From assembly GCA_009699665.1 (NCBI GenBank), contig WLNS01000001.1, forward strand, positions 1 through 39,147: 39,147 nucleotides of DNA, given 5' to 3'. How positions within the stretch are numbered: the stretch's first letter is position 1; each line of letters begins with the position of its first letter. The position numbers were made by a program, and so were the translations under genes. The notes below the pieces were generated by a model. That model was not told the origin of the DNA and did no database searches. It was given only the letters and a program-made list of their open reading frames with translations. This document shows positions 16,641 through 25,524 of this stretch, in pieces. This stretch comes from Actinomycetota bacterium. Its GTDB lineage: Bacteria > Actinomycetota > Actinomycetes > Actinomycetales > Microbacteriaceae.

Positions 16641-18263
16641 ATGACTTCCTCAGCCCCACACACCGTTCGGGACGCATTTTTTGATGTGCTGCGCCGTTAC
16701 GACCTGACCAAGATTTTTGCCAACCCCGGATCGACCGAAATCTCGCTGCTGGCCAACCTGCCTGCCGACATCGATTTCACGCTGGCCCTGCACGAAGGGT
16801 CTGTGGTGGGCATGGCCACCGGCTATGCGCTTGCTCGGCAGAAAGCCGCCATGGTTGTGGTGCACACCACGGCTGGACTCGGAAACGCTGTCAGCGCCAT
16901 CGCCACCGCTCGGGCCAACCGCGCGCCGCTAGTCATTGTCGTGGGGCAACAGGACCGTCGCCACCTGGCCACCGAACCCTTTCTGGCCGGCAAACTCGCG
17001 GGACTCGCGGGCGACTATCCCGTGTGGTTTAACGAGCCGGTGACCCCGCACGATGTTCCCGCTGCCGTGGCGCGGGCTTATCACGAGGCAACCACGCGTC
17101 GCGGGCCGGCAATCGTCGTCGTTCCCATGGACGACTGGCTCACCGAATATCCCGCCGAGCGCGTTTTCCCCGCCCCCGAGATCGCGGTGCTGTCGGGCGA
17201 ACCGAGCGTCGCCACCGTCGCTGCCATCGTGCAGCACATTGATGCAGCCAAGAATCCCGTCATTATCTCGGGAGCCGCAAATTCCACCGCCGAAGGATGG
17301 GCCGCGTTGGTTCGGCTGGCCGAGCGCACGCAGGCCCCGGTCTTTCAGGAGTCGTTTGCCGGTCAGGCCGGTTTTCCCCAGGATCATGCCCTGTTTGCCG
17401 GATTCCTCTCGGCGGCGCGGTCGGTGCTGCGCACGCAGCTGGCCGATTTCGACACCGTCATCGCGGTCGGTGCTCCCGTCTTCCGGCAATACAACTTCGA
17501 GCCCGGGGCGATGCTGAGCCCCGGCACGGCCGTGATTGTCGTCACCAACGACTCCGACGAAGCCCTCCGGTCGGCGGCCACGCTGTCGGTGCTCGGCGAC
17601 ATCCCCGCGACCATCGCCGAGGTGGCCGACACGGTGCGCGCGGTCGCGAAAACGCGGGCAGTTGTTCCGCCCCGACGCCCCGCTCCGCCGGCTCCCAAGG
17701 CAGGCGAACCCCTGCGCGCCTCGCACGTGATGGCCGCCCTCGCCGAACTGCTGCCGGCGAACGCCATCGTGGTCGAAGAGACACCGTCGAGTCGCCCCGA
17801 TCTGCATGAACTGCTGCCCGCTCGCCAGCCACTGGGTTTCGTCAGCGCGGCCATGGGCGGTCTGGGCTTTGGGCTGCCCGCGGCCATCGGCCTGCGTATG
17901 GGCGCCCCCGAGCGACCCACGATCGCTATCTTGGGCGACGGCTCATCGATGTATTCCATTCAGGGTCTGTGGAGTGCACGCCACTACGGGGTCGGTGCGC
18001 TTTTCATCATTCTCAACAACGGGCGCTACGCCGTCATGGATCGCTTGGCCGAGAGAATTAGTTCGGGCGAGCCGGCGTGGCCGCCCTTCGACGAGATCGA
18101 CTTTGCCGACCTTTCCCGGTCTCTGGGCGTATCGACCACCCGCCTCTCGGACTATGCGAGCATGCGTCAGACCCTCGACGAGGTCATCCCCTCGTTGGCG
18201 GCTCGAAACGAGCCGCTGATGCTGGTGATCGACGTCGAGCCGGAGCTGCACTTCGCCCCCTAG
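16641..18263 (+). CDS. mdlC: Benzoylformate decarboxylase (ThDP-dependent)
   Basis: Collinear by recall with P. putida MdlC. The catalytic Ser in NPGSTE, His in VHTTAG and His in FPQDHALFAG are conserved. ThDP motif GDGSSMYSIQGLWSA....NN. I prefer the start at ATG 16641. Confidence 0.8.
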   Translation: MTSSAPHTVRDAFFDVLRRYDLTKIFANPGSTEISLLANLPADIDFTLALHEGSVVGMATGYALARQKAAMVVVHTTAGLGNAVSAIATARANRAPLVIVVGQQDRRHLATEPFLAGKLAGLAGDYPVWFNEPVTPHDVPAAVARAYHEATTRRGPAIVVVPMDDWLTEYPAERVFPAPEIAVLSGEPSVATVAAIVQHIDAAKNPVIISGAANSTAEGWAALVRLAERTQAPVFQESFAGQAGFPQDHALFAGFLSAARSVLRTQLADFDTVIAVGAPVFRQYNFEPGAMLSPGTAVIVVTNDSDEALRSAATLSVLGDIPATIAEVADTVRAVAKTRAVVPPRRPAPPAPKAGEPLRASHVMAALAELLPANAIVVEETPSSRPDLHELLPARQPLGFVSAAMGGLGFGLPAAIGLRMGAPERPTIAILGDGSSMYSIQGLWSARHYGVGALFIILNNGRYAVMDRLAERISSGEPAWPPFDEIDFADLSRSLGVSTTRLSDYASMRQTLDEVIPSLAARNEPLMLVIDVEPELHFAP

Positions 18264-18276
18264 CCCGCACTTCGTC

Positions 18277-18351
18277 GGCTGAGTAGGCGGCCACGTCGCC
18301 GTATCGAAACTGCGCAGCAGGTTGAGTAGGCGACCACGTCGCCGTATCGAA
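18277..18351. repeat. Tandem direct repeat, two 32-nt copies (30/32 identical) with a 43-bp period, between convergent stop codons
   Basis: Copy 1 (18277-18308) is GGCTGAGTAGGCGGCCACGTCGCCGTATCGAA. Copy 2 (18320-18351) is GGTTGAGTAGGCGACCACGTCGCCGTATCGAA. Each holds a small GGCGRC-CAC-GTCGCC hairpin. Confidence 0.85.
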
Positions 18352-18356
18352 GCCCC

Positions 18357-19730
18357 TCAGTGCGCCCGCCCCGAAATAACGTCGGCCATGCGCGCCAGGG
18401 GTGACGTGGTCGCTCGACCACGAAATTCCGCCCGATCCGCCATGCCATACGCCGCATAGAGCCCCCGCACGGCCAGCCACCTCAGCGGCTCCACCTCCCA
18501 CTTGCGCACCCGGTGATTGACCCACGGAAGTTCGGTCACGTCGGTGTGTCTGCCCAGAATGAGGTCGGCCAGCGTTCGGCCCGCCAGGTTGGTGGCCGTC
18601 ACGCCCGTGCCAACATAGCCGCCGGCCCAGCCCATACCGGTGGCCGAATCAAAGCCCACGGTCGCCGACCAGTCGCGGGGAACACCCAAGACACCCGACC
18701 ACGCGTGGGCAATGGGCACATCCGCGGTGCCGGGCAGCAGGCGCCCCAGCAACGCGCGCAACGATGCCACCGTGCTGTCGGGTGTGTGTCCGTCGGTGTC
18801 GGTGCGCGATCCATAGAGATAAGGAACACCCCGGCCGCCAATGGCAATGCGGTCGTCAGCAGTGCGTTGCGCATAGAAGTAGCTGTGCGCCATGTCACCC
18901 ACGAGCTCCCGGCCAGACCAGCCAATTCGTTTCCAGACGGATGCAGCCACGGGTTCGGTCACGATCTGCGACGAGTTCATCGGCAGCCACGTGCGATGCA
19001 GGCCCCGAATGTTCGACGTGAAACCTTCCGTGGCGCGCACCACAATGGGTGCCCGAACGACGCCCCGATTCGTGGTCACACGTCCCGAGGCAATTTCATC
19101 GGCCGTGGTGTCCTCAAAAATCGTGACGCCGAGGCGTTCGACCGTCGTCGCGAGCCCGGCCAACAGCTGAGCCGGATTAATGCGTGCCGCGTGTGGATGC
19201 CACAGGGCGCCCGTGGTCGGTTCCAGCGCAATCCGATCGTGTGCTTCGGCGGCCGAGAGCAACACCGTGTCGGTCATCGACCACGTTTGTTCGTCGCGGG
19301 CCCACGCTTCGAGGCGACCCTGTTGCGCCCGGTTTTGCGCCACCGTGTATTCGCCGCCCTTGACGGCACCACTATCAATGCGCTCCGTCGCCGCGACACG
19401 AACCACTTCGTCGACGGTCTCGTTGAGCGCCGATTGCATGCGCCCGGCTGCATCGCGGCCCCACGACTTCACATATTGGTCGCGCCCACCGGTGACCGAG
19501 TTGGTGAGCCATCCACCGTTGCGCCCCGAGGCGCCGTAGCCCGCAAAGCGTTGCTCAACGATCACCACGTTCAGACTCGGGTCGGCTTTCTTCAGGTAAT
19601 AGGCCGTCCAGAGTCCGGTGTATCCGGCGCCCACGATGCACACATCGGCACTGCGGTCGCCGGGCAATGCCGGCCGTGCCGCGGGCAGACCGAGCTGCTG
19701 CCACCAAAAAGACACATTGCCGTTAATCAC
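18357..19730 (-). CDS. FAD-dependent oxidoreductase (DAO family, gamma-glutamylputrescine oxidase-like)
   Basis: DVCIVGAGYTGLWTAYYL dinucleotide-binding motif. The length and layout are typical of PuuB/DAO-family oxidases. Confidence 0.8.
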   Translation of the reverse strand: MINGNVSFWWQQLGLPAARPALPGDRSADVCIVGAGYTGLWTAYYLKKADPSLNVVIVEQRFAGYGASGRNGGWLTNSVTGGRDQYVKSWGRDAAGRMQSALNETVDEVVRVAATERIDSGAVKGGEYTVAQNRAQQGRLEAWARDEQTWSMTDTVLLSAAEAHDRIALEPTTGALWHPHAARINPAQLLAGLATTVERLGVTIFEDTTADEIASGRVTTNRGVVRAPIVVRATEGFTSNIRGLHRTWLPMNSSQIVTEPVAASVWKRIGWSGRELVGDMAHSYFYAQRTADDRIAIGGRGVPYLYGSRTDTDGHTPDSTVASLRALLGRLLPGTADVPIAHAWSGVLGVPRDWSATVGFDSATGMGWAGGYVGTGVTATNLAGRTLADLILGRHTDVTELPWVNHRVRKWEVEPLRWLAVRGLYAAYGMADRAEFRGRATTSPLARMADVISGRAH

Positions 19731-19801
19731 AGCGCCAGACTAACGCCACAGAAAGTGCTGAGGGCAACCTCACGCGGTTACCCCCAGCATCGACTCACAA
19801 A

Positions 19802-22078
19802 CTACGGCTTTCCGTTGCCCAACTTGCTCGGCCACCAAATCTTGCGACCAATGTCGTAGGCCATGGCGGGCACCAGCAGCGAGCGCACCAAGATCGTGTC
19901 GAGGATCACGCCGAACGCCACGATGAAGGCCAGCTGCACGAGGAACAGAATCGGGATCACGCCGAGGGCCGCGAAGGTGGCCGCCAGGATCACACCCGCT
20001 GAGGTGATCACGCCACCGGTGACGGCAAGGCCCCGCAAGATGCCCGGTCTTGTGCCCAGTTGCAACGTCTCTTCACGCACTCGGGTCATCAAGAAGATGT
20101 TGTAGTCAATGCCCAGCGCCACGAGGAAGACGAAGCCAAACAACGGCACGCTCGCATCAGCGCCCGGGAAGTTGAACAGGTTGTTGAAGACCAGTGCTGA
20201 GACGCCCAGGGTGGCGCCAAAGCTCACGACCACCGAGAAGATCAACAGCAGCGGTGCAACAATCGACCGCAGCAACAGCATCAGAATGATGAAGATGACG
20301 GCGAGCACGATGGGAATAATCCTCGTGAGGTCGGCCTGAGCCGTCTCGTTTGTGTCGAGCGCAATGGCGGTCTCGCCACCGACCAACACACTCGAATCAA
20401 CCTCCGCCAGTGAGACGCGCAGATCCTTGACCACCTTCTCGGCATCGGCCGAGTCGGGCTGATAGGTCAGGGTGGCGTTGATCAATACCTGACCGTCGAC
20501 CACCTTGGGGATGGGGTCGATTTCAGGCACGGCAGGTGGTCCTGCCTGACCGCCGGCCATCGCATCCGGCATCGCACCAAAGGGGGCCCCTCCGGCGGCT
20601 GCCGCTTGTGCCGCCAAGGCTTCGGCGATCGCAGCGGCAACGGCCTTCTGGTCCTGCTGCACCGACACCTCAGAGATTCCGGGGTTCGCGGCCGTGGCGT
20701 CCATCACCTTCGTGTAGTCGGCTTCCTTCGCGATAATCACCACGGGAGAGCCCGAGCCGGCGGCAAAGTGCTCGCCGAGCACCTTCTGACCATCAACCGA
20801 TTCGATGTTGTTTCCGAGCAAGAAGTCGGTTTGCGGCAGTCCGCTGGCTTTCAGCGAGGGCAGTGCTGCACACGCGGCCAGCAAAACGACGAGCGTGACA
20901 ATCCACGTGGTGCGCGGGCGCTTGGCAATCAGGGTGCCGACCCGGCGCCACAGACCCCGAATGCCTTCAAGCCCGGCAATCTTCTCGGCGTTCGCCGCCT
21001 CAACCTTTTTCTTGCCGACCTTGGGCATGAACGGCCAGAACGAGGCGCGGCCAAAGATCATGAGCACGGCCGGCAAGAACGAGACGGCGGCGAGGAACGC
21101 AAAACCAATGCCGAAGGCCGCAATGGGGCCCAGCGCCTTGTTCGAGTTGAGGTCGCTAAAGAGCAGGCAGAGGAGCGCCAAAATGACCGTAGCGGCCGAC
21201 GCGCCAATGGCCTCGAACGAACCGCGGAACGCGCGACCGATGGCCGCCCACTTCGACTGCACCTCGAAGAGCGATTCCCTGAATCGCGACACCATGAGCA
21301 GCGCGTAGTCGGTGGCCGCACCGATGACCAAAATCGACAGGATGCCCTGACTCTGACCCGACACCTTGATGATGTCGTTGTATGCGAGCCAATAGATGCC
21401 CAGAATCGACGCCGACAGCGCAAAGACTGCTGTCAGCAGCACGAGCACGGGAAGCAGCAGCGACCGATAGACAACCAGCAAAATGACAAAGACCGCACCG
21501 AGTGCGACGAGCAGCAGGATGCCATCAATGCCGCCAAAACCGTTGACGAAGTCGGCGAGAAGGCCGGCCGGCCCGGCAACGTAGGCCGTAAAGCCCGCCG
21601 GTGTGCTGTCTTGCACGAGCGTGCGCAACTCGACGACGTTGCCGAGGAGTTCCTGCCCCGAAGCACTAAAGGGAACGATGTATTCAACGGCCGCCCCATC
21701 GTCCGACTTAATCGGCCCGATGACACTCGTGGGCAGGGGATCCGTGGCGGGAGCGACGCCAGGAGAATCCTGCATGGCAGTGCCCAGCGTGCCGAACGCC
21801 TCCATGTCGGTCGCGGTGACCGTGCCACTGTCGGAAACAATGACCACGATCGCCGGAATGTCTTTCGACTCGCGGAACTTCTCGGCGATGGCATTGACCT
21901 CGGTGCTTTGCGCACTGGCCGGAAGAAAGCCGGCCTGGTCGTTGGTCGAAACTTCAGAAATCTTGCCAAACGTGGGGCCGCCGAGTCCGGCAAGCGCCAG
22001 CCACACAATCACCAAAACGGTGGGCAACAGGATGCGCAGCCAGAGGCGCGGAGTCCAGTCTTTCTTCGGCTCTTTCAT
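19802..22078 (-). CDS. MMPL family (RND superfamily) transporter
   Basis: 758 aa with two blocks of about 6 TM helices, each preceded by a soluble loop. Typical MMPL N-terminus. AGGGAG RBS. Confidence 0.9.
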   Translation of the reverse strand: MKEPKKDWTPRLWLRILLPTVLVIVWLALAGLGGPTFGKISEVSTNDQAGFLPASAQSTEVNAIAEKFRESKDIPAIVVIVSDSGTVTATDMEAFGTLGTAMQDSPGVAPATDPLPTSVIGPIKSDDGAAVEYIVPFSASGQELLGNVVELRTLVQDSTPAGFTAYVAGPAGLLADFVNGFGGIDGILLLVALGAVFVILLVVYRSLLLPVLVLLTAVFALSASILGIYWLAYNDIIKVSGQSQGILSILVIGAATDYALLMVSRFRESLFEVQSKWAAIGRAFRGSFEAIGASAATVILALLCLLFSDLNSNKALGPIAAFGIGFAFLAAVSFLPAVLMIFGRASFWPFMPKVGKKKVEAANAEKIAGLEGIRGLWRRVGTLIAKRPRTTWIVTLVVLLAACAALPSLKASGLPQTDFLLGNNIESVDGQKVLGEHFAAGSGSPVVIIAKEADYTKVMDATAANPGISEVSVQQDQKAVAAAIAEALAAQAAAAGGAPFGAMPDAMAGGQAGPPAVPEIDPIPKVVDGQVLINATLTYQPDSADAEKVVKDLRVSLAEVDSSVLVGGETAIALDTNETAQADLTRIIPIVLAVIFIILMLLLRSIVAPLLLIFSVVVSFGATLGVSALVFNNLFNFPGADASVPLFGFVFLVALGIDYNIFLMTRVREETLQLGTRPGILRGLAVTGGVITSAGVILAATFAALGVIPILFLVQLAFIVAFGVILDTILVRSLLVPAMAYDIGRKIWWPSKLGNGKP

Positions 22079-22143
22079 GATTTCTCCCTTGTCGGCAATG
22101 CCTGAAATCCTAGCAAAGGGAGCGAGGCAGTGAGTTCTCGGGG

Positions 22144-22725
22144 CTAGGCCGCGGGAAAGGGATGCGTGAAGACCGTTTCGTCGAGGGGGCGGCGCACTCG
22201 GGGTGCTGTCTCGCGGGCCCGCAACGTCTCATCGAGAAGTTCGGGCGCGCCCAGATGGCCGACCGCAGCGACAACGAATACTTTCCACGTTGTGGGCACG
22301 TTGAAATGCGCCGCTATGGCATCGCGATCAAAACCAGCGGCCTGATGCACGAACAAACCGTCGGCGTGCGCCTGCACCGAGAAGTGCGCCATTGCCTGAC
22401 CCAGATCGTAGGGGGCGTACTCCCGTCCGCGATTCTCAGGATCGTCCTCATACATTCCAATCACAATCGCCCCGGCGTTCGGCGCCCACGACGCGTTCCA
22501 CCCAGACAGGTGCTCTGTCATGGCTGCGAAGGTTGCGTCACCGCGAAAGCCCACCAAAAAGCGCCACTCCTGGAGGTTGCTGAGCGAGGGCGACCAGCGC
22601 GCAGCCTCAAACGCCGGCGTCAGATCGGCCATGGTCAGCGATCGTGATGTATCAAACGAGCGAGGGCTCCAGCGCTCGGCAAGAACGGGGAGGATCGGAG
22701 TGCTGGTATCGGCGTTGCGCGACAT
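22144..22725 (-). CDS. Nitroreductase family protein
   Basis: N-terminal R.S.R.F motif (ERWSPRSFD) and A.WSPS context, with the size typical of the family. Confidence 0.75.
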   Translation of the reverse strand: MSRNADTSTPILPVLAERWSPRSFDTSRSLTMADLTPAFEAARWSPSLSNLQEWRFLVGFRGDATFAAMTEHLSGWNASWAPNAGAIVIGMYEDDPENRGREYAPYDLGQAMAHFSVQAHADGLFVHQAAGFDRDAIAAHFNVPTTWKVFVVAAVGHLGAPELLDETLRARETAPRVRRPLDETVFTHPFPAA

Positions 22726-22825
22726 AAAATTCCCTTTCAGAAGATATTTCAGTCATGATTTCGTCGCCCCAGAGACGACACGACTGACGGCAAGAACGCC
22801 TCGCACGCGCGAATATTCCCGACAA

Positions 22826-22901
22826 TGGGGCCGCCTGCGAGAATCGAACTCGCGACCTATTCATTACGAGTGAATCGCTCTACCAACTGAGCTAAGGCGG
22901 C
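22826..22901 (-). tRNA. tRNA-Thr (anticodon CGU), CCA encoded
   Basis: Manual cloverleaf: acceptor GCCGCCT/AGGCGGC, D stem GCTC/GAGC, anticodon stem ATTCA/TGAAT with loop CTCGTAA, and T arm GCGAG-TTCGATT-CTCGC. Confidence 0.9.
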
Positions 22902-22930
22902 GGGGCTCGCTAAGCGAGCCGAGTCAAAGC

Positions 22931-23557
22931 CTATCCGACGCGACGGCGTCGCACGAAAACGACGACGATGGCGGCGATGCCGGCAGCCACACCGGCGCCG
23001 AGCGCCGACCAGCCAATAATCTGCACCGGCACCAGTCCACTATCCGGTGGTCCGTCGCCTGCCGTCGACTGGTAAGCGCGTGCGTCAATCGTCATCTCTG
23101 GTTCCGAAATGACTGAGGGCTCGGGGGTTGTCGTTTCGGAGTTGTCGGAACCTAGATTGTCGACCACCTCAAAGTGAAACTCGCCGTCACCCTCGTGGCC
23201 GTCCACGGACACGTTGTGCCACGCGGCCCGGTACATGCCCGCGGCGAGGCTCCCTGGGATTGTTTTCGCCATTACTGTGCCCGACGCATCGAGCGTTGCT
23301 GCGTCCTGAGGCACCGTGTTGCCGGCACCATCAAAGAGAGCCAAGGATGAGTACTGCAGCACGATCTGCTCACTGAAGGTCACCGAAATCTGAGCGGGAG
23401 TGGCCACCTGCGTGTTGTCGACCGGCGAAGTCGAGACAATCTCGGCGTGAGCGCTTGCCGCTGAAGCAGTCGCCACAGTGGCCACGCTCGTGCCCGCGAA
23501 AAACAGAGTTGCCAAGGCCAGCCATCTGAGAGAACCCCGAGCAAAATGTGCCGTCAC
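22931..23557 (-). CDS. CopC domain-containing copper-binding protein, membrane anchored
   Basis: The signal peptide ends ASA/HAEIVSTSP, the mature N-terminal His typical of CopC. Ig-like CopC domain (Y...W...S.DGH), an acidic linker, and a C-terminal TM helix plus RRRR. Confidence 0.8.
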   Translation of the reverse strand: MTAHFARGSLRWLALATLFFAGTSVATVATASAASAHAEIVSTSPVDNTQVATPAQISVTFSEQIVLQYSSLALFDGAGNTVPQDAATLDASGTVMAKTIPGSLAAGMYRAAWHNVSVDGHEGDGEFHFEVVDNLGSDNSETTTPEPSVISEPEMTIDARAYQSTAGDGPPDSGLVPVQIIGWSALGAGVAAGIAAIVVVFVRRRRVG

Positions 23558-23688
23558 GTTTCTATTCTCCCTGTGCCGAGCGAGAAAACGCCATACGCGT
23601 CGGTGAGCGGAAACTCGGAGGAGTGTGAAACGTGGGGGTGAGGCGAGGGCATGACAGGCAGAGTTGTGATGGGCGACCGAAGGCGGTT

Positions 23689-24870
23689 TTAGGCCGCCTC
23701 GGGCAAGACCGACGAAATCAGCATGGCCTCAAGCGTGAGCAGCGGCGCCACATTCGAGGCAATGCGCTTGCGCGCGTGCGCCACCGCATCGAGCGCCGCC
23801 AGCGTCTCGGCCGCGGTGACGGAACCCGCACGGTGGCGAAGTTGTGTCTCAAATTCGAGGTTGGTCAGATCTTCGGCCACACCCAATTGCAGTCGCAGCA
23901 CATCGCGATAGACCGACATCAGATCGACCAGAATGCGATCGAGTCCGTCGCGCAGGCTGCGTGTGGCACGACGCTTCTGCTGCTCTTCAAGCGTGCGAAA
24001 CTGCGAGCGCAGCGTGGGCGGAATCACGTCGCCCTCAGTAATGCCCATCGCGAGCCGCGTCTGTTCGAGTTCGTCGGCGTCTTGCTCATCGGTGACCGCT
24101 TTGGCATCGTCGGTCGCGATGGCGTGCAGTCGCGCCGCCGCCGTGACCGCGTCGGTCAAGCCGGTCATGCCCAAGACGAGTTGAACCGTCTCTTCGCGGC
24201 GAGCCGAAGCCTCGGCGTTCGTGGCCAGACGACGCGCCATGCCGATATGGTTCTGCGCGAGGCGGGCGGAACGCTCGGCCGTGACGGCATCGACACCGTC
24301 ACGATCACGCAAGAGTTGTGACACGAGTTCAACGGAAGGCACGGTGAGGCGCACCGACCGCACGCGCGATCGAATGGTGGGAATCAAGTCGGCCTCACTC
24401 GGCGCGCACAAAATCCAGACGGTGCGGGCCGGCGGCTCCTCGAGCGCCTTGAGCAACACGTTCGACGTGCGCTCAGCCATGCGGTCGGCATCTTCGATGA
24501 CCACCACGCGATAGTCGGATGACGACGGCGAGTACTGCGATGCCACGACAAATTCGCGCACCTCATCGATAGAGATGATCACGCGTTCGGTGGCCAAATA
24601 CGACAAGTCGGGGTGGGTACGTGCGACCACGTTGCGGCAGTCGGCGCACTCGCCACAGCCACCGTTCGCGCAAAGAAGCGCCGCCGCAAAGGCATAGGCA
24701 AGGTTTGAGCGTCCCGAACCGGGTGGGCCCGTGATCAGCCACGCGTGGGTCATCACACCCGATGCATCGGCCGATTCACCGCCGGCGGTGACGGCGTGTG
24801 CCGCGCGAGCCGCCGCCTCGAAGGTGGCGATGGCGTCGGGCTGGCCGACAAGCTGCTGCCAGACGTTCAC
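23689..24870 (-). CDS. holB: DNA polymerase III subunit delta prime
   Basis: HAWLITGPPGSGRS Walker A, Zn module CGECADCRN, VVVIEDADRM, and the sensor motif SRVRSV. Conserved tmk-holB pairing. Confidence 0.9.
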   Translation of the reverse strand: MNVWQQLVGQPDAIATFEAAARAAHAVTAGGESADASGVMTHAWLITGPPGSGRSNLAYAFAAALLCANGGCGECADCRNVVARTHPDLSYLATERVIISIDEVREFVVASQYSPSSSDYRVVVIEDADRMAERTSNVLLKALEEPPARTVWILCAPSEADLIPTIRSRVRSVRLTVPSVELVSQLLRDRDGVDAVTAERSARLAQNHIGMARRLATNAEASARREETVQLVLGMTGLTDAVTAAARLHAIATDDAKAVTDEQDADELEQTRLAMGITEGDVIPPTLRSQFRTLEEQQKRRATRSLRDGLDRILVDLMSVYRDVLRLQLGVAEDLTNLEFETQLRHRAGSVTAAETLAALDAVAHARKRIASNVAPLLTLEAMLISSVLPEAA

Positions 24871-24903
24871 CTACTCAGCCCCTGTCTGCTCACGGTATTG
24901 AGG

Positions 24904-25521
24904 CTATAGGAGGGCGCCGACACGGTCGCGGATGACAAGGGCAATCTGGTCAATCTCTTGCGCCGCATCCACGACCAGAAAACGATTCGGTTCGTTGGCC
25001 GCAAGGGCGAGGACTCCTGCCCGCACACGTTCGTGGAAGTCATCCCGCTCGTTCTCCAGCCGATCAAACGTCTTCTGTTCCTGAGCCAGTCTCTCGCGGG
25101 CGACGTCTCCGGGGAGATCCAGCAAAACCGTGAGATTGGGAATGAGGTCGCTGGTGGCCCACAGCGAGATCCGTTTGATCTCGGCGGCATCGAGCACGCG
25201 CCCGGCGCCCTGATAGGCAACGGAGGAGTCGATGTAGCGGTCTTGCACCACCACATCGCCGCGCTCGAGTGCGGGGCGCACGAGCGTGCCGATGTGCTGT
25301 GCGCGGTCGGCGGCGTAGAGAAGTGCCTCGGCGCGCGGGTCAATCTCACCGCGGTGGTGCAGCACAATCTCACGCAGTGCGGTGCCGACCTCGGTGCCGC
25401 CGGGTTCGCGCGTGGTGACGACGGCGCGGCCCTGCTGGGTCAGCCACTCCGTGAGCAAGCGCACCTGCGTGCTCTTACCGGTGCCATCGCCGCCCTCGAA
25501 CGTGATGAAGATGCCCGGCAT
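24904..25521 (-). CDS. tmk: dTMP (thymidylate) kinase
   Basis: FITFEGGDGTGKSTQ P-loop and DRY motif (VVQDRYIDSSVAYQG). Confidence 0.92.
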   Translation of the reverse strand: MPGIFITFEGGDGTGKSTQVRLLTEWLTQQGRAVVTTREPGGTEVGTALREIVLHHRGEIDPRAEALLYAADRAQHIGTLVRPALERGDVVVQDRYIDSSVAYQGAGRVLDAAEIKRISLWATSDLIPNLTVLLDLPGDVARERLAQEQKTFDRLENERDDFHERVRAGVLALAANEPNRFLVVDAAQEIDQIALVIRDRVGALL

Positions 25522-25524
25522 GCG

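Noticed and set aside
23660-23700. Imperfect hairpin CGAAGGCGG-TTTTA-GGCCGCCTCG overlapping the holB stop codon, considered as a terminator. The 22904-22920 hairpin after CopC is a similar case.
   Set aside because: Neither has a U-tract on the transcribed (minus) strand, and the stems are short or bulged. They cannot be distinguished from incidental GC-rich pairing.
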